Positions 9,793 to 18,951 of a stretch of DNA of 48,284 bases are shown piece after piece. Under the pieces are notes generated by a model, which did no database searches, was not told where the DNA came from, and saw only the letters and a program-made list of their open reading frames with translations. Source of the DNA: Alphaproteobacteria bacterium (GTDB lineage: Bacteria; Pseudomonadota; Alphaproteobacteria; Rhizobiales; Aestuariivirgaceae); assembly GCA_028868255.1 (NCBI GenBank), contig JAGWUY010000001.1:1-48284 (forward strand). Reading direction: 5' to 3'. Position numbers and translations under genes: made by a program. The first letter of the stretch is position 1. Each line of letters begins with the position of its first letter.

Positions 9793-9821
9793 TTGACGGG
9801 GTCACAAAATTCTCCATATTT
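9793..9821 (+). promoter_or_regulatory. Probable sigma70 promoter of tRNA-Pro
   Basis: TTGACG followed after ~16 bp by CATATT, just upstream of the tRNA. Confidence 0.5.
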
Positions 9822-9839
9822 TCCGCAGCAATCATCATT

Positions 9840-9916
9840 CGGAGTGTAGCGCAGTCTGGTAGCGCACCTGCTTCGGGAGCAGGGGGTCGGAGGTTCGAAT
9901 CCTCTCACTCCGACCA
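9840..9916 (+). tRNA. tRNA-Pro (anticodon CGG)
   Basis: CGGAGTG acceptor stem, D-loop CAGTCTGGTA, anticodon loop TTCGGGA, GGTTCGAATCC T-arm, encoded CCA. Confidence 0.97.
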
Positions 9917-9932
9917 ACTCAACACTATTTTC

Positions 9933-10163
9933 TTAAGACTGTTTCACCACGATGGGGATCATCAAATCGCCCCAAAAGCCGCCTTCTGCATGGTGCCTTG
10001 CACCGCGTTGCAACTCTACTGAGAGGCCGGATTCAACAGCACTGATCACAGCATTGTTGAGTCGGTGCAATTCATTTGCCAGCCGGCGAATGGCTTCGCT
10101 TTGCTTTTCATTCATGGCTGAAGTCTGGGCTTCAGCGCGGTCACGAACATGGGTCTGCAACAT
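9933..10163 (-). CDS. SMc00767-family small protein (aceA-associated acetate metabolism protein)
   Basis: 76 aa directly downstream of aceA; LHRLN.AV..AVE.GLSVEL.R and WGDLMIP pattern. Confidence 0.75.
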   Translation of the reverse strand: MLQTHVRDRAEAQTSAMNEKQSEAIRRLANELHRLNNAVISAVESGLSVELQRGARHHAEGGFWGDLMIPIVVKQS

Positions 10164-10176
10164 GTTTAATTTTCCC

Positions 10177-11454
10177 TTATGCGGCTATAAATTGTGCAGT
10201 TTCTGTTGATTCATGCATAGCTCTAGTGGAAGACGCACCCCCACTGATGGCTGTGGCGACGGCATCAAAATACCCAGTGCCCACCTCGCGTTGATGGCGC
10301 GTAGCGGTATAACCATGTGCTTCTGATGCGAATTCGGCTTCTTGCAAGCGCGAATAGGCTGTCATCTGCTCACGGGCATAACCTTTGGCCAATTCAAACA
10401 TGCCATGGTTCAACTGATGGAAGCCAGCGAGAGTAATGAACTGGAACTTATAGCCCATCGCACCCAGTTCTTTCTGGAATTTTGCAATGGTTGCATCATC
10501 CAGTTTCTTCTTCCAATTAAAGCTGGGCGAGCAATTATAAGCCAACATCTTGTCGGGGTGAGTGGCATGCACAGCATCTGCAAAGCGTTTGGCCTGTATG
10601 AGGTCTGGCGTAGAAGTTTCCATCCAAATCAAATCGCAATAAGGCGCATAGGCAATGGCGCGCGCAATGCAAGGTTCAATGCCATTCTTCACATGATAAA
10701 AGCCTTCAGGCGTACGTGGGTGATCCAGGACAAAAGGTTTGTCGCGTTCATCAATGTCCGATGTCAAAAGCTTGGCCGCTTCTGCATCAGTACGCGCCAC
10801 AATCAATGTGGGAACGCCCATTACATCAGCTGCAAGCCGCGCCGCAATGAGGTTGCGAATATGCGCAGATGTTGGAATCAAAACTTTTCCACCCAAGTGG
10901 CCACATTTCTTTTCTGATGCAAGCTGATCTTCAAAGTGAACCGCAGCAACACCAGCCTCAATATACGCCTTCATGATTTCAAAAGCGTTGAGAGGGCCAC
11001 CAAAACCAGCCTCAGCATCAGCAACGATTGGGGCAAACCAGTTTTCCACCGATATCCTGCCCTCCGCATGTTCAATCTGATCTGCGCGCTGCAAAGTGCG
11101 GTTAATCTTCTTGGCCAGTTCCGGGCCCGAGTTTGCTGGATAAAGTGATTGGTCGGGATACATTCCGCCCGCCACATTGGCATCTGCCGCCACTTGCCAG
11201 CCAGAAAGATAAATCGCTTTGAGGCCCGCGCGGACCATTTGCATCGCCTGATTGCCAGAAAGCGCACCCAGCGCGTTCGTAAAGGGATCAGTTTTCAACA
11301 TCTTCCACAGGCGGTTCGCGCCATTTTCGGCCAGTGTATGTTCAATTTGCACAGAACCGCGCAGACGCTTCACTTCGGCCACAGAATAGCCGCGAGAGAT
11401 GCCATCAAAGCGACCAATTGGGGCTGTGGGGATGAGGGCTTGGAAATTGGACAT
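10177..11454 (-). CDS. aceA: Isocitrate lyase
   Basis: [27 protein letters not shown] signature, [10 protein letters not shown]; RBS GGAG before ATG 11454. Confidence 0.97.
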   Translation of the reverse strand: MSNFQALIPTAPIGRFDGISRGYSVAEVKRLRGSVQIEHTLAENGANRLWKMLKTDPFTNALGALSGNQAMQMVRAGLKAIYLSGWQVAADANVAGGMYPDQSLYPANSGPELAKKINRTLQRADQIEHAEGRISVENWFAPIVADAEAGFGGPLNAFEIMKAYIEAGVAAVHFEDQLASEKKCGHLGGKVLIPTSAHIRNLIAARLAADVMGVPTLIVARTDAEAAKLLTSDIDERDKPFVLDHPRTPEGFYHVKNGIEPCIARAIAYAPYCDLIWMETSTPDLIQAKRFADAVHATHPDKMLAYNCSPSFNWKKKLDDATIAKFQKELGAMGYKFQFITLAGFHQLNHGMFELAKGYAREQMTAYSRLQEAEFASEAHGYTATRHQREVGTGYFDAVATAISGGASSTRAMHESTETAQFIAA

Positions 11455-11473
11455 CAGGAACTCCATTAAGCGA

Positions 11474-11586
11474 TGTCACAATGTTTACATTCAAAAATCA
11501 AAAAGGCCATAGACTTCCCATATAAATCCAGATAATGTGTATATATTTGTAAATACAATGATCAATTCTTGTAAAGAATGTAAATT
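11474..11586. promoter_or_regulatory. aceA/ramB divergent control region with repeated TGTAAA/TTTACA half-sites
   Basis: TTTACA 11484, TTTGTAAA 11546, TTGTAAA 11569, TGTAAA 11579. Confidence 0.5.
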
Positions 11587-12924
11587 ATGGGCAGCTCCAA
11601 GATTTTTGCAGGCGCGCGCCTGCGCCGCATGCGCAACAGTTTTGGCCTCAATCAGGCTGCACTTGCACAAAGCCTTGGTATTTCCCCGTCCTACCTCAAT
11701 TTGATCGAGCGCGACCAACGCCCAATCACCGCTCAGCTGCTACTCAAACTGCACATGTTGCATGGCGCAGATATTGCGGAATTGAGTGGCACAGATGAGC
11801 GCTCAGATGTTTTGGCTAGCTTGCGCGAAGTAGTGGCAGATCCTCTGCTCAATGGTGAAATTCCCGTTGCCACAGAATTGACACAGGCCCAAGACGTCGC
11901 CCCAAATCTGGTCGGTGCCACTATCAAACTCTACGGAGCTTATCGTGAGGTGCTGACACGCCTTATTGATATGTCACAGCAAATTGCAGCCAGCGGCAGC
12001 ATGCCGACCACCACCTTTGAAACCGTGCATAACTGGTTGCAGGACAACCCGTGGCATCAGCCATTAGAAGATTTGGCCGAAGAAGTCTGGTTTGATCTCA
12101 CCCCCAAAGATGACGTGTATGCCGGCATAAAAGCCAGACTGCGCGCTGGCAGCGGCATTGATCTGCGTATCATTCCCATTGAAATTATGAAGCATGATCG
12201 CGCCCACTATGATCGCCACTCACAGCGCCTCTTGATTTCCGAAAGACTTTCTGGCCCTGAGCGCTTGTTTGAGGCCGCATTACTCTTGGCAAGGCTCGAA
12301 GGAAAAACCATCATCGATGCAGTCTTGAAGCAATCATCATTCGCCGCTAACGCCGAAAGTTCGCGTCTCTTGCAACTGGGTTTGATGGCCAACTTTGCCA
12401 CTAGCATTCTTTGCCCCGCCGCCAAATTCTCCGCTGCGCAACAGGATCTGAAAAGCAATGTCGAGGCGATGAGCAGCCGCTTTAACGCCAGCGCCGCGCA
12501 GATAATGAAACGCATGGCGGCGCTCGGCGCACGCGAAGGCAGAAGCATAGGATTTTTGCAGGTCGATGCAGCAGGCGCAGTGCGCGACCGCATCGGCAAG
12601 ACTGGCTTTCTTCTGCCTCACAGCGGCGCACTCTGTGGCCACCTACCTCACTTCACTGGCGAACATGTTGTGAAGCTTGAAACCACCGATGGCAAGTCCA
12701 TTGTCATGGTCGCCAAACGTGAACACCATCTCACCAGCGCTCTATGTTTCTCATCCGATGAAGCCAGCAAGACCATCTATACCCCTCACAATACAAGGCC
12801 TCTGGGCGCCACCTGCCGCCTATGCGACATTAAGAATTGCCAATTGCGCCGGGAGCCACCCGCAACGAGGCCCGCAGCACTCAATGAATTCGTGCGCGGG
12901 CCCACTGATTTTGAACCAGTTTAA
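11587..12924 (+). CDS. RamB/ScfR family short-chain fatty acyl-CoA regulator (XRE HTH)
   Basis: KIFAGARLRRMR, LGISPSYLNLIERDQRP, C-terminal CRLC...C..R Cys cluster; divergent from aceA. Confidence 0.88.
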   Translation: MGSSKIFAGARLRRMRNSFGLNQAALAQSLGISPSYLNLIERDQRPITAQLLLKLHMLHGADIAELSGTDERSDVLASLREVVADPLLNGEIPVATELTQAQDVAPNLVGATIKLYGAYREVLTRLIDMSQQIAASGSMPTTTFETVHNWLQDNPWHQPLEDLAEEVWFDLTPKDDVYAGIKARLRAGSGIDLRIIPIEIMKHDRAHYDRHSQRLLISERLSGPERLFEAALLLARLEGKTIIDAVLKQSSFAANAESSRLLQLGLMANFATSILCPAAKFSAAQQDLKSNVEAMSSRFNASAAQIMKRMAALGAREGRSIGFLQVDAAGAVRDRIGKTGFLLPHSGALCGHLPHFTGEHVVKLETTDGKSIVMVAKREHHLTSALCFSSDEASKTIYTPHNTRPLGATCRLCDIKNCQLRREPPATRPAALNEFVRGPTDFEPV

Positions 12925-12925
12925 A

Positions 12926-13537
12926 TCAGTTTTTGCGGAGCATTAATGCTGCGCTACTGATCGCTGCGCCAGCGACGATTGCCTTAATAAGGTCGCCAAG
13001 AATGTAGTTTTTCATGCCCCACACAAAAGCTGTTGAAACCGCATCTCCAGGCAAAATGCCTTGGGTTTTCACGGCCCATACTCCAAGCCAAACGAGGCCA
13101 GGAATGTAGAGAACCGCGCCACCAATGAGAGTAGCGAGGACTGTCTTAAACAGTGAGTTTCCCCAACCCATTTCGACCAACTTTCCAACCAGCCAAGCGG
13201 CAAGAATGAAACCTAAGATAAATCCATAAGTCGCCAAAATGAACCCTTGGGGGTTAAATGGGCCTGCTTGGCCACCCGCAAAAAAAGGCAACCCAACTGT
13301 GCCCTCAACAAAATACAGTGCCAACGTCGTTGCCCCAAGGCGTGAACCGTAAGCGGCACCAATCCCCAGAACAGCTAATGTTTGCAATGTCATGGGGACA
13401 GGCCACATCGGAACTGAAATTTGTGCAGCAAGAGCAACAACCAAGCTGCCAAAAACAGTCAGCGCAGCATTGCGCAACAAAACAGAACTTTGTGTTTGCG
13501 GCCACAGGCGGCTTGCGAGTGTAATTGAAGTCATCAT
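12926..13537 (-). CDS. bioY: Biotin transporter BioY
   Basis: VPMTLQTLAV, GLPFFAG, T.GFILGF, GDLIKA motifs. Confidence 0.93.
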   Translation of the reverse strand: MMTSITLASRLWPQTQSSVLLRNAALTVFGSLVVALAAQISVPMWPVPMTLQTLAVLGIGAAYGSRLGATTLALYFVEGTVGLPFFAGGQAGPFNPQGFILATYGFILGFILAAWLVGKLVEMGWGNSLFKTVLATLIGGAVLYIPGLVWLGVWAVKTQGILPGDAVSTAFVWGMKNYILGDLIKAIVAGAAISSAALMLRKN

Positions 13538-13713
13538 TCTGGTGTCCCTCGTTGTTAAGACCCTTGATTAATCCAGCCCTGCCGCCAAGGCAATCACCTT
13601 TAAGGATTGCAACAAGCCTGTGCATTTCAGGCTCTAATCTGGCCCAACCGAATGTGTTTGCGGGGCTAAGGGCAAAAAGGCTAAACTACCAACCACATCA
13701 TTTGGAGACCATT

Positions 13714-15021
13714 ATGAACGCACCATTTGTCAAGCAACCCGTAGGCTCGAACAAAGCATGGGTAGAGCGCCGCGCCAAGGCCGTTTCGCGCGGCATCAGC
13801 GCCGGTGCCCCCGTCATGGCGGCCAAGGCGGAGAATGCCGAAATTTGGGATATTGAAGGCAACCGCTATATTGATTTTGGTGGCGGCATCGCCGTGGTCA
13901 ATACTGGCCACCGCCATCCGCTTGTGATGAAGCGCGTTTATGAGCAACTGGAAAAATTCACCCACACCTGCGCCATGGTCATGCCCTATGAGCCCTTCGT
14001 GGAAGTCTGCGAAAAGTTGAATGCCGTGGCCCCGATCAAGGGTGAGGTGAAATCTGCCCTCGTCACCACCGGGGCAGAAGCCGTGGAAAATGCCGTCAAG
14101 TTCGCGCGCAGCTATACCGGCCGTTCGGATGTCATCGCCTTCCATGGCGGTTTCCATGGCCGCACCCTTTTGGGTATGGCACTGACAGGCAAGGTCGCAC
14201 CATACAAGGTCAAGTTTGGCCCGATGCCGGCTGGTATTTGGCATGTGCCATTCCCGGTGGAGCACAAGGGCATCAGCGTTGAAGATTCGATCCACGCCAT
14301 TGAACTTCTGTTCAAGTGTGATGTGGAACCCCAGCGCGTGGCCGCCATTATCATTGAACCCGTGCAGGGTGAAGGGGGCTTCTATATTGCACCAAAGGAA
14401 TTGATGGTGCGCTTGCGGGCCCTTTGCGATGAACATGGCATTTTGCTGATCGCCGATGAAATCCAATCTGGTTTTGGCCGTACAGGCAAGTTCTTCGCCA
14501 TGGAACACTATGGCGTCGAGCCTGATTTAATGACTTCTGCCAAATCCTTAGCAGGCGGCTTTCCGCTGGCCGCTGTGATCGGTAAAGCCAAAATCATGGA
14601 TGCGCCAGACCCAGGTGCCATCGGCGGCACCTATGCCGGAAACCCCGTAGCTTGCGCCGCCGCCCTTGGCGTTTTTGAGGCCTTTGAGACCGAAGGCCTT
14701 ATGGAAAAAGCCAATAAGCAGGGTGAAATTATCATGGCGCGCATGAAGGCCATCAAGGCCAAGCACAAGGGCATGCCCATTGGCGATATTCGTGGCCTCG
14801 GTGCCATGTGCGCCTTTGAAATGGTTACCGAGCATGGCGGCAACAAGCCCGATGCGGGTGGCGCAAAGGCGCTTGCAGCCAAGTGTCTGGAACGTGGGCT
14901 CTTGATACTGACCTGTGGCGTTTATGGCGATGTGGTGCGTTTGCTCACGCCGCTCACCGCATCAGAAATGGTGTTGAAGGAAGGCTTGGACATTCTGGAA
15001 TCGGCCATTCTCGGAAATTGA
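13714..15021 (+). CDS. gabT: 4-aminobutyrate--2-oxoglutarate transaminase
   Basis: IDFGGGIAV.NTGH, TTGAEAVENA, FHGRT, EPVQGEGG, DEIQSGFGRTG, PLP lysine in AKSLAGG; RBS GGAG. Confidence 0.92.
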   Translation: MNAPFVKQPVGSNKAWVERRAKAVSRGISAGAPVMAAKAENAEIWDIEGNRYIDFGGGIAVVNTGHRHPLVMKRVYEQLEKFTHTCAMVMPYEPFVEVCEKLNAVAPIKGEVKSALVTTGAEAVENAVKFARSYTGRSDVIAFHGGFHGRTLLGMALTGKVAPYKVKFGPMPAGIWHVPFPVEHKGISVEDSIHAIELLFKCDVEPQRVAAIIIEPVQGEGGFYIAPKELMVRLRALCDEHGILLIADEIQSGFGRTGKFFAMEHYGVEPDLMTSAKSLAGGFPLAAVIGKAKIMDAPDPGAIGGTYAGNPVACAAALGVFEAFETEGLMEKANKQGEIIMARMKAIKAKHKGMPIGDIRGLGAMCAFEMVTEHGGNKPDAGGAKALAAKCLERGLLILTCGVYGDVVRLLTPLTASEMVLKEGLDILESAILGN

Positions 15022-15956
15022 ACAACCGCAATAATCTAGTTGCGATTGGTTCACTGCTGGCGGGTGGTCTTGTCTTTTCTATTCAGGACGCAATCATCAA
15101 AGCCCTCAGTGGTGAGCATGCTGTCACCTTGGCGATTTTCGTTCGCGCCATCGTGGCACTGCCCGTTCTTCTGGCCATGGTGCATTTTGAATGCGGCCTG
15201 AAAGGCTTGCTCACAGGGCAATGGCGGATGATGCTCTTGCGCGGTGGTATTTTGTTGTGTTCTTACACCAGTTATTTCATGGCTTTTCCCGCTCTGCCAT
15301 TGGCTGAGGCGATTGCGCTTTATTTTATGGTGCCTTTGATCGTCACATTGCTGGCAGGCCCTATGTTGGGGGAAAAGGTAACACCCGCAGCATGGGCCGC
15401 CGTCGCCATCGGGCTGGTCGGCGTATTCGTCATTCTTCAACCGGGCAGCGGCCTGTTTAATCCAGCGGCCTTGCTCAGCCTGATCAGTGCCGCAACTTAC
15501 GCCTTCGCCATGGTGCTGGCGCGACGCTATGGCAGCAACACGCCCTCTTCGGTTTTATCTTTCTACCAGAATGTTGTTTACGGCTTTGGCGCAGCGGGCT
15601 TTGCCGGACTCGCTGCCGTGTTGGGCATCAAACCTCCAGGCCACCCCAGCATTGATTTTCTATTCCGTGCTTGGGCTTGGCCTTCACTGCACGATGCTGT
15701 GTTGATGGGCCTGTGTGGTGTAATCGCTGCCGTGGGCATGAATCTGCTCACCCATGCCTACCGTAAGGGTCAGGCTAACATCGTCGCTCCCTTTGAATAT
15801 GTGGGCATGATTTGGGCCATTGTCTTTGGCTTCACCATCTTCGGTGAAGTGCCCAAAGCCTCAACCCTTGCCGGCATGGGCATGATTGCATTTGCGGGCA
15901 TTTTGGCGCTGCGGGCAGGCGTTAAGGCCGGCAAAAAATCTGCTGCAAAGGCCTGA
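15018..15956 (+). CDS. DMT/EamA family transporter
   Basis: About 10 TM; LPLAEA.AL, LGEKV, APFEY motifs; TTG start overlaps the gabT stop. Confidence 0.85.
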   Translation: MNNRNNLVAIGSLLAGGLVFSIQDAIIKALSGEHAVTLAIFVRAIVALPVLLAMVHFECGLKGLLTGQWRMMLLRGGILLCSYTSYFMAFPALPLAEAIALYFMVPLIVTLLAGPMLGEKVTPAAWAAVAIGLVGVFVILQPGSGLFNPAALLSLISAATYAFAMVLARRYGSNTPSSVLSFYQNVVYGFGAAGFAGLAAVLGIKPPGHPSIDFLFRAWAWPSLHDAVLMGLCGVIAAVGMNLLTHAYRKGQANIVAPFEYVGMIWAIVFGFTIFGEVPKASTLAGMGMIAFAGILALRAGVKAGKKSAAKA

Positions 15957-15999
15957 AAAACCTGCTTCCAATAAATATTCGTGTCACAAACAGCAAGAC

Positions 16000-17109
16000 C
16001 TAAAAAACAACAACACTCCGGATCGACTCACCACGATGCATCAGATCAAACGCATCGTTTATTTTTTCGAGCGGCAGAACATGAGTGATCATCGGATCAA
16101 TCTCAATGCGTCCATCCATGTACCAATCGACAATCTTGGGCACATCGGTGCGGCCACGCGCTCCTCCAAAAGCTGTGCCCCGCCAAGAGCGGCCTGTTAC
16201 CAACTGGAACGGACGTGTGGAAATTTCCTGACCAGCCCCCGCCACACCAATGATGATGGATTGGCCCCAGCCCTTATGAGCGCATTCCAAGGCGATGCGC
16301 ATCACCTTCACATTGCCGATGCACTCAAAGGTGTAATCAGCGCCGCCGCCCGTCAGTTCCACCAGATGGGCCACCATGTCACCTGAAACCTTGGACGGGT
16401 TGACGAAATGCGTCATGCCAAATTTGCGGCCCCAGTCTTCCTTCACATCATTCATATCCACGCCCACGATCTGACGCGCACCGGCAAGACGAAGACCTTG
16501 GATCACATTGAGGCCAATGCCGCCCAAACCAGACACCACGGCGGTTGAGCCCACTTCAACCTTGGCAGTATTGATCACAGCACCCACACCCGTGGTGACG
16601 CCGCAGCCAATGTAACAAATCTTGTCAAACGGCGCATCGCTGCGCACTTTCGCCAAAGCGATTTCAGGCAGAACCGTGTAGTTCGAGAAAGTGGAGCAAC
16701 CCATATAATGATGGATCATCTGGCCCTTATAGGAAAAGCGCGAAGTGCCATCTGGCATCTGCCCTTTTCCCTGCGTGGTGCGAATTTTCTGGCACAGATT
16801 GGTTTTCGGGTTGAGGCAATAGTCACACTCGCGGCATTCCGGCGTGTAAAGCGGAATCACATGATCACCTTTCTTGAGTGATTTAACCCCTAGTCCCACC
16901 TCCACCACAACGCCCGCACCTTCATGGCCCATGATGGCGGGGAACAGGCCTTCAGGATCAGAACCTGAAATGGTAAATTCATCAGTGTGGCACACACCTG
17001 TGGCTTTGATTTCAACCAGCACTTCACCTTCGCGTGGCCCTTCCAGATCAACGTCTACAATTTCCAGAGGCTTTCCGGCCTCAAAGGCCACAGCCGCACG
17101 TGATTTCAT
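16000..17109 (-). CDS. frmA: S-(hydroxymethyl)glutathione dehydrogenase / class III ADH
   Basis: [43 protein letters not shown]. Confidence 0.96.
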   Translation of the reverse strand: MKSRAAVAFEAGKPLEIVDVDLEGPREGEVLVEIKATGVCHTDEFTISGSDPEGLFPAIMGHEGAGVVVEVGLGVKSLKKGDHVIPLYTPECRECDYCLNPKTNLCQKIRTTQGKGQMPDGTSRFSYKGQMIHHYMGCSTFSNYTVLPEIALAKVRSDAPFDKICYIGCGVTTGVGAVINTAKVEVGSTAVVSGLGGIGLNVIQGLRLAGARQIVGVDMNDVKEDWGRKFGMTHFVNPSKVSGDMVAHLVELTGGGADYTFECIGNVKVMRIALECAHKGWGQSIIIGVAGAGQEISTRPFQLVTGRSWRGTAFGGARGRTDVPKIVDWYMDGRIEIDPMITHVLPLEKINDAFDLMHRGESIRSVVVF

Positions 17110-17227
17110 GGGTGAGATGCTCCTAAACTTAACGCGCAATCAATTGCGCGAACCCACCAAGCCGTCAAGTTCGATTATTGCAACCGCGCCCACACTTTGT
17201 TCACATTTTCGCCCTAACCCGCCACGC

Positions 17228-17950
17228 ATGACACGCATTCTGATTTCAACTTTGCTGACTTTTACCTTCTGGCACAGCCCCGCTTATGCTCAGAAATTGA
17301 TTGAAGCACATATGAGCATTGCACAAGGGCGCGACGATGGCCCAAAGGTGGCCCTGACTTTTGATGCTTGCACGGGGAAAGCAGATAACCGTATCCTCGA
17401 TGCTCTGATCCAGAACAATATTGCCGCGACCATTTTTGTCACCGCTCGCTGGTTGAAAGTCAATCCGAATGCGATCACCAGACTCAAGTCACGGCCTGAT
17501 TTGTTTGAGATTGAGAACCATGGCGCAAGGCATGTGCCCGCCATTGATGAACCCTTATTGGTCTATGGAATTGCATCAGCTGGAACACCGGCAGCGGTGA
17601 AAACTGAGGTTACAGAGGGCGCAAAGGCCGTGACCGCAGCATTTGGCACACAGCCCCACTGGTTTCGCGGGGCCACGGCCCTTTACACCGCGTCTTCCGA
17701 AAAACTGATCACAGACATGAAATTCAAGATTGCGGGATTTTCAATCTCTGGCGATGGCGGCGCCAGCTATTCCAGCCCAAAAGCCGCACGGGCAATTTCA
17801 GGCGCCAAGGATGGCGATGTGATTATTGCCCACATCAATCAGCCTCTGAAGCCCGCTGGTGCGGGCGTGGTGAAAGGCATCTTGATGCTCAAGTCTCAAG
17901 GCTACGAGTTTGTGACATTAGATGGAGGCGCTTCGCAACGCGGCCACTGA
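17228..17950 (+). CDS. Exported polysaccharide deacetylase family protein
   Basis: Signal peptide; VALTFDAC, ATIFVT, ENHG..H, WFRG, IIAH NodB motifs. Confidence 0.85.
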   Translation: MTRILISTLLTFTFWHSPAYAQKLIEAHMSIAQGRDDGPKVALTFDACTGKADNRILDALIQNNIAATIFVTARWLKVNPNAITRLKSRPDLFEIENHGARHVPAIDEPLLVYGIASAGTPAAVKTEVTEGAKAVTAAFGTQPHWFRGATALYTASSEKLITDMKFKIAGFSISGDGGASYSSPKAARAISGAKDGDVIIAHINQPLKPAGAGVVKGILMLKSQGYEFVTLDGGASQRGH

Positions 17951-17955
17951 AGACA

Positions 17956-18300
17956 TGTCTCCGCGAACTGTGAAAACGGCGGCATCCGTTTTCGGAAGAA
18001 GAAGGAAGCTAAGGGTTGCGCGGGCGCAATACTTTCGCAAGATTGCCGGGAGAGTAGTCCGGCGGGATGGGGCGAAAACTTTCGCCCGCGCTTTTTTGAC
18101 TGTTTGACATCTCGGGTCGCTCTTATTCCAGTGGGATCGTCTCCATCGTTTGAGCCATCTAAGGCACGCTGGTCGTAGTGCCAGCGGGTCTTCCCGAAAC
18201 GCGCCGGAGATTTGAAAGACGTGGTTTTCAAACCCGCAGCCGCCACTTCATCCTCCATTTCAGGTGCCGCCGCGAACAGAAACCCCTTCCGGAGGAGACA
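17956..18300 (-). ncRNA. Candidate large structured non-coding RNA (~345 nt), family not recognised
   Basis: Three nested 5'/3' helices, several internal stems that need G-U pairs on the - strand, upstream TTGACA; no convincing ORF. Confidence 0.6.
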
Positions 18301-18306
18301 AGAACA

Positions 18307-18335
18307 GATGTGTCATATTAGGAATAAAATGTCAA
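18307..18335 (-). promoter_or_regulatory. Putative sigma70 promoter of the candidate ncRNA
   Basis: Perfect TTGACA (18335-18330), 17-bp AT-rich spacer, weak -10 CACATC. Confidence 0.5.
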
Positions 18336-18348
18336 GAACTTTCTTTCT

Positions 18349-18502
18349 TCAACCTTCTCCCCTTGAGGGAGAAGGTGGATCGCGCGAACGCGCGAGACGG
18401 ATGAGGGGTATGGTTCAACACACTCTGACTTGCCATCGGACTCGCGGAACCACCCCATCATCCGCCCTTCGGGCACCTTCTCCCTCAAGGGGAGAAGGTT
18501 GA
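18349..18502. repeat. RIME/REP-like palindromic element (CCTTCTCCC...GGGAGAAGG family)
   Basis: Perfect 29-bp terminal inverted repeats (18349-18377 and 18474-18502), each itself a hairpin; inner GGATGAGGGG/CCCCATCATCC. Confidence 0.85.
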
Positions 18503-18525
18503 TGTTGCAAACTTGGAATGCTGCC

Positions 18526-18855
18526 TCAACTCGTCTTCGGTGGCAGGGCGCAGCGGTCCCATCCGATCGGGTCAACGGCTTCATCCCCTTTGATGTGATA
18601 TGAAGCCATTTGGTCTTCATTGAGTAGGCGCAAATAGATCTGGTCACCCGCATCCGCGCCGCCTGCTGGCACCGTGTAGAGAAACTCGTGGCGACGATGG
18701 GCCCCTTGAAGTTTGCTGTAGTCATTCAAGGTCAGTTCTGGGCCTGAAATGGAGAGATGTTGGCCTGCCTTGTTGCACCAGGCCCCATCAATGGCATCGG
18801 CATAGGCTAGTGTTGGCGCGGCAAGCAGTGCAACAATCATCACATATTTTTGCAT
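18526..18855 (-). CDS. Small exported hypothetical protein
   Basis: Signal peptide ending AYA-DAIDGAWC; two Cys; RBS AAGGA. Confidence 0.75.
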   Translation of the reverse strand: MQKYVMIVALLAAPTLAYADAIDGAWCNKAGQHLSISGPELTLNDYSKLQGAHRRHEFLYTVPAGGADAGDQIYLRLLNEDQMASYHIKGDEAVDPIGWDRCALPPKTS

Positions 18856-18889
18856 GGTCACATCCTTCTTCGCAGCAAACCCAAACCCA

Positions 18890-18914
18890 TTGTCACCTCG
18901 ACGAAAGTCGGGAA
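18890..18914. repeat. Single REP-like unit TTGTCACCTCGACGAAAGTCGGGAA
   Basis: Near-identical to the units at 24094-24179. Confidence 0.75.
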
Positions 18915-18951
18915 GACGAGTCTAAGTTTCATAAAGTAGAAACGACTGCGC

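Noticed and set aside
1-9916. Genomic island integrated at tRNA-Pro
   Set aside because: No integrase and no duplicated tRNA end noticed. The tRNA 3' end faces the aceA locus, not the accessory cluster.
9705-10022. ORFs overlapping 9705-10022
   Set aside because: Shadow translations of tRNA-Pro and the opposite-strand gene
13714-17109. gabT and frmA as parts of the amine/P450 pathway
   Set aside because: Common housekeeping genes, separated from the cluster by the tRNA and aceA locus, with no shared operator seen
13525-17227. Long N-terminal extensions in the ORF track for gabT, the DMT transporter and the deacetylase
   Set aside because: They overlap neighbouring genes; downstream starts with an RBS, signal peptide or translational coupling fit better
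17941-18060. Cobalamin riboswitch (GCCACTG and CGCGAACTGTGA seen on the + strand)
   Set aside because: The motifs are in the wrong order, the terminal AGCCAGGAGACC-like motif is absent, and no B12 gene lies downstream
17956-18300. RNase P RNA, permuted tmRNA, SRP or 6S RNA
   Set aside because: No GAGGAAAGTCC or ACAGAACCCGGC, no ANDN-type tag or tRNA-like CCA end, no SRP GGAA-loop motif, and not a simple rod
18270-18340. LexA box (GAAC repeats) at the ncRNA promoter
   Set aside because: Spacing does not fit the alphaproteobacterial GAAC-N7-GAAC consensus
17902-18502. ORFs 17902-18258(-), 17922-18107(+) and 18212-18502(+)
   Set aside because: No recognisable protein features; they are translations of the structured element and the palindromic repeat
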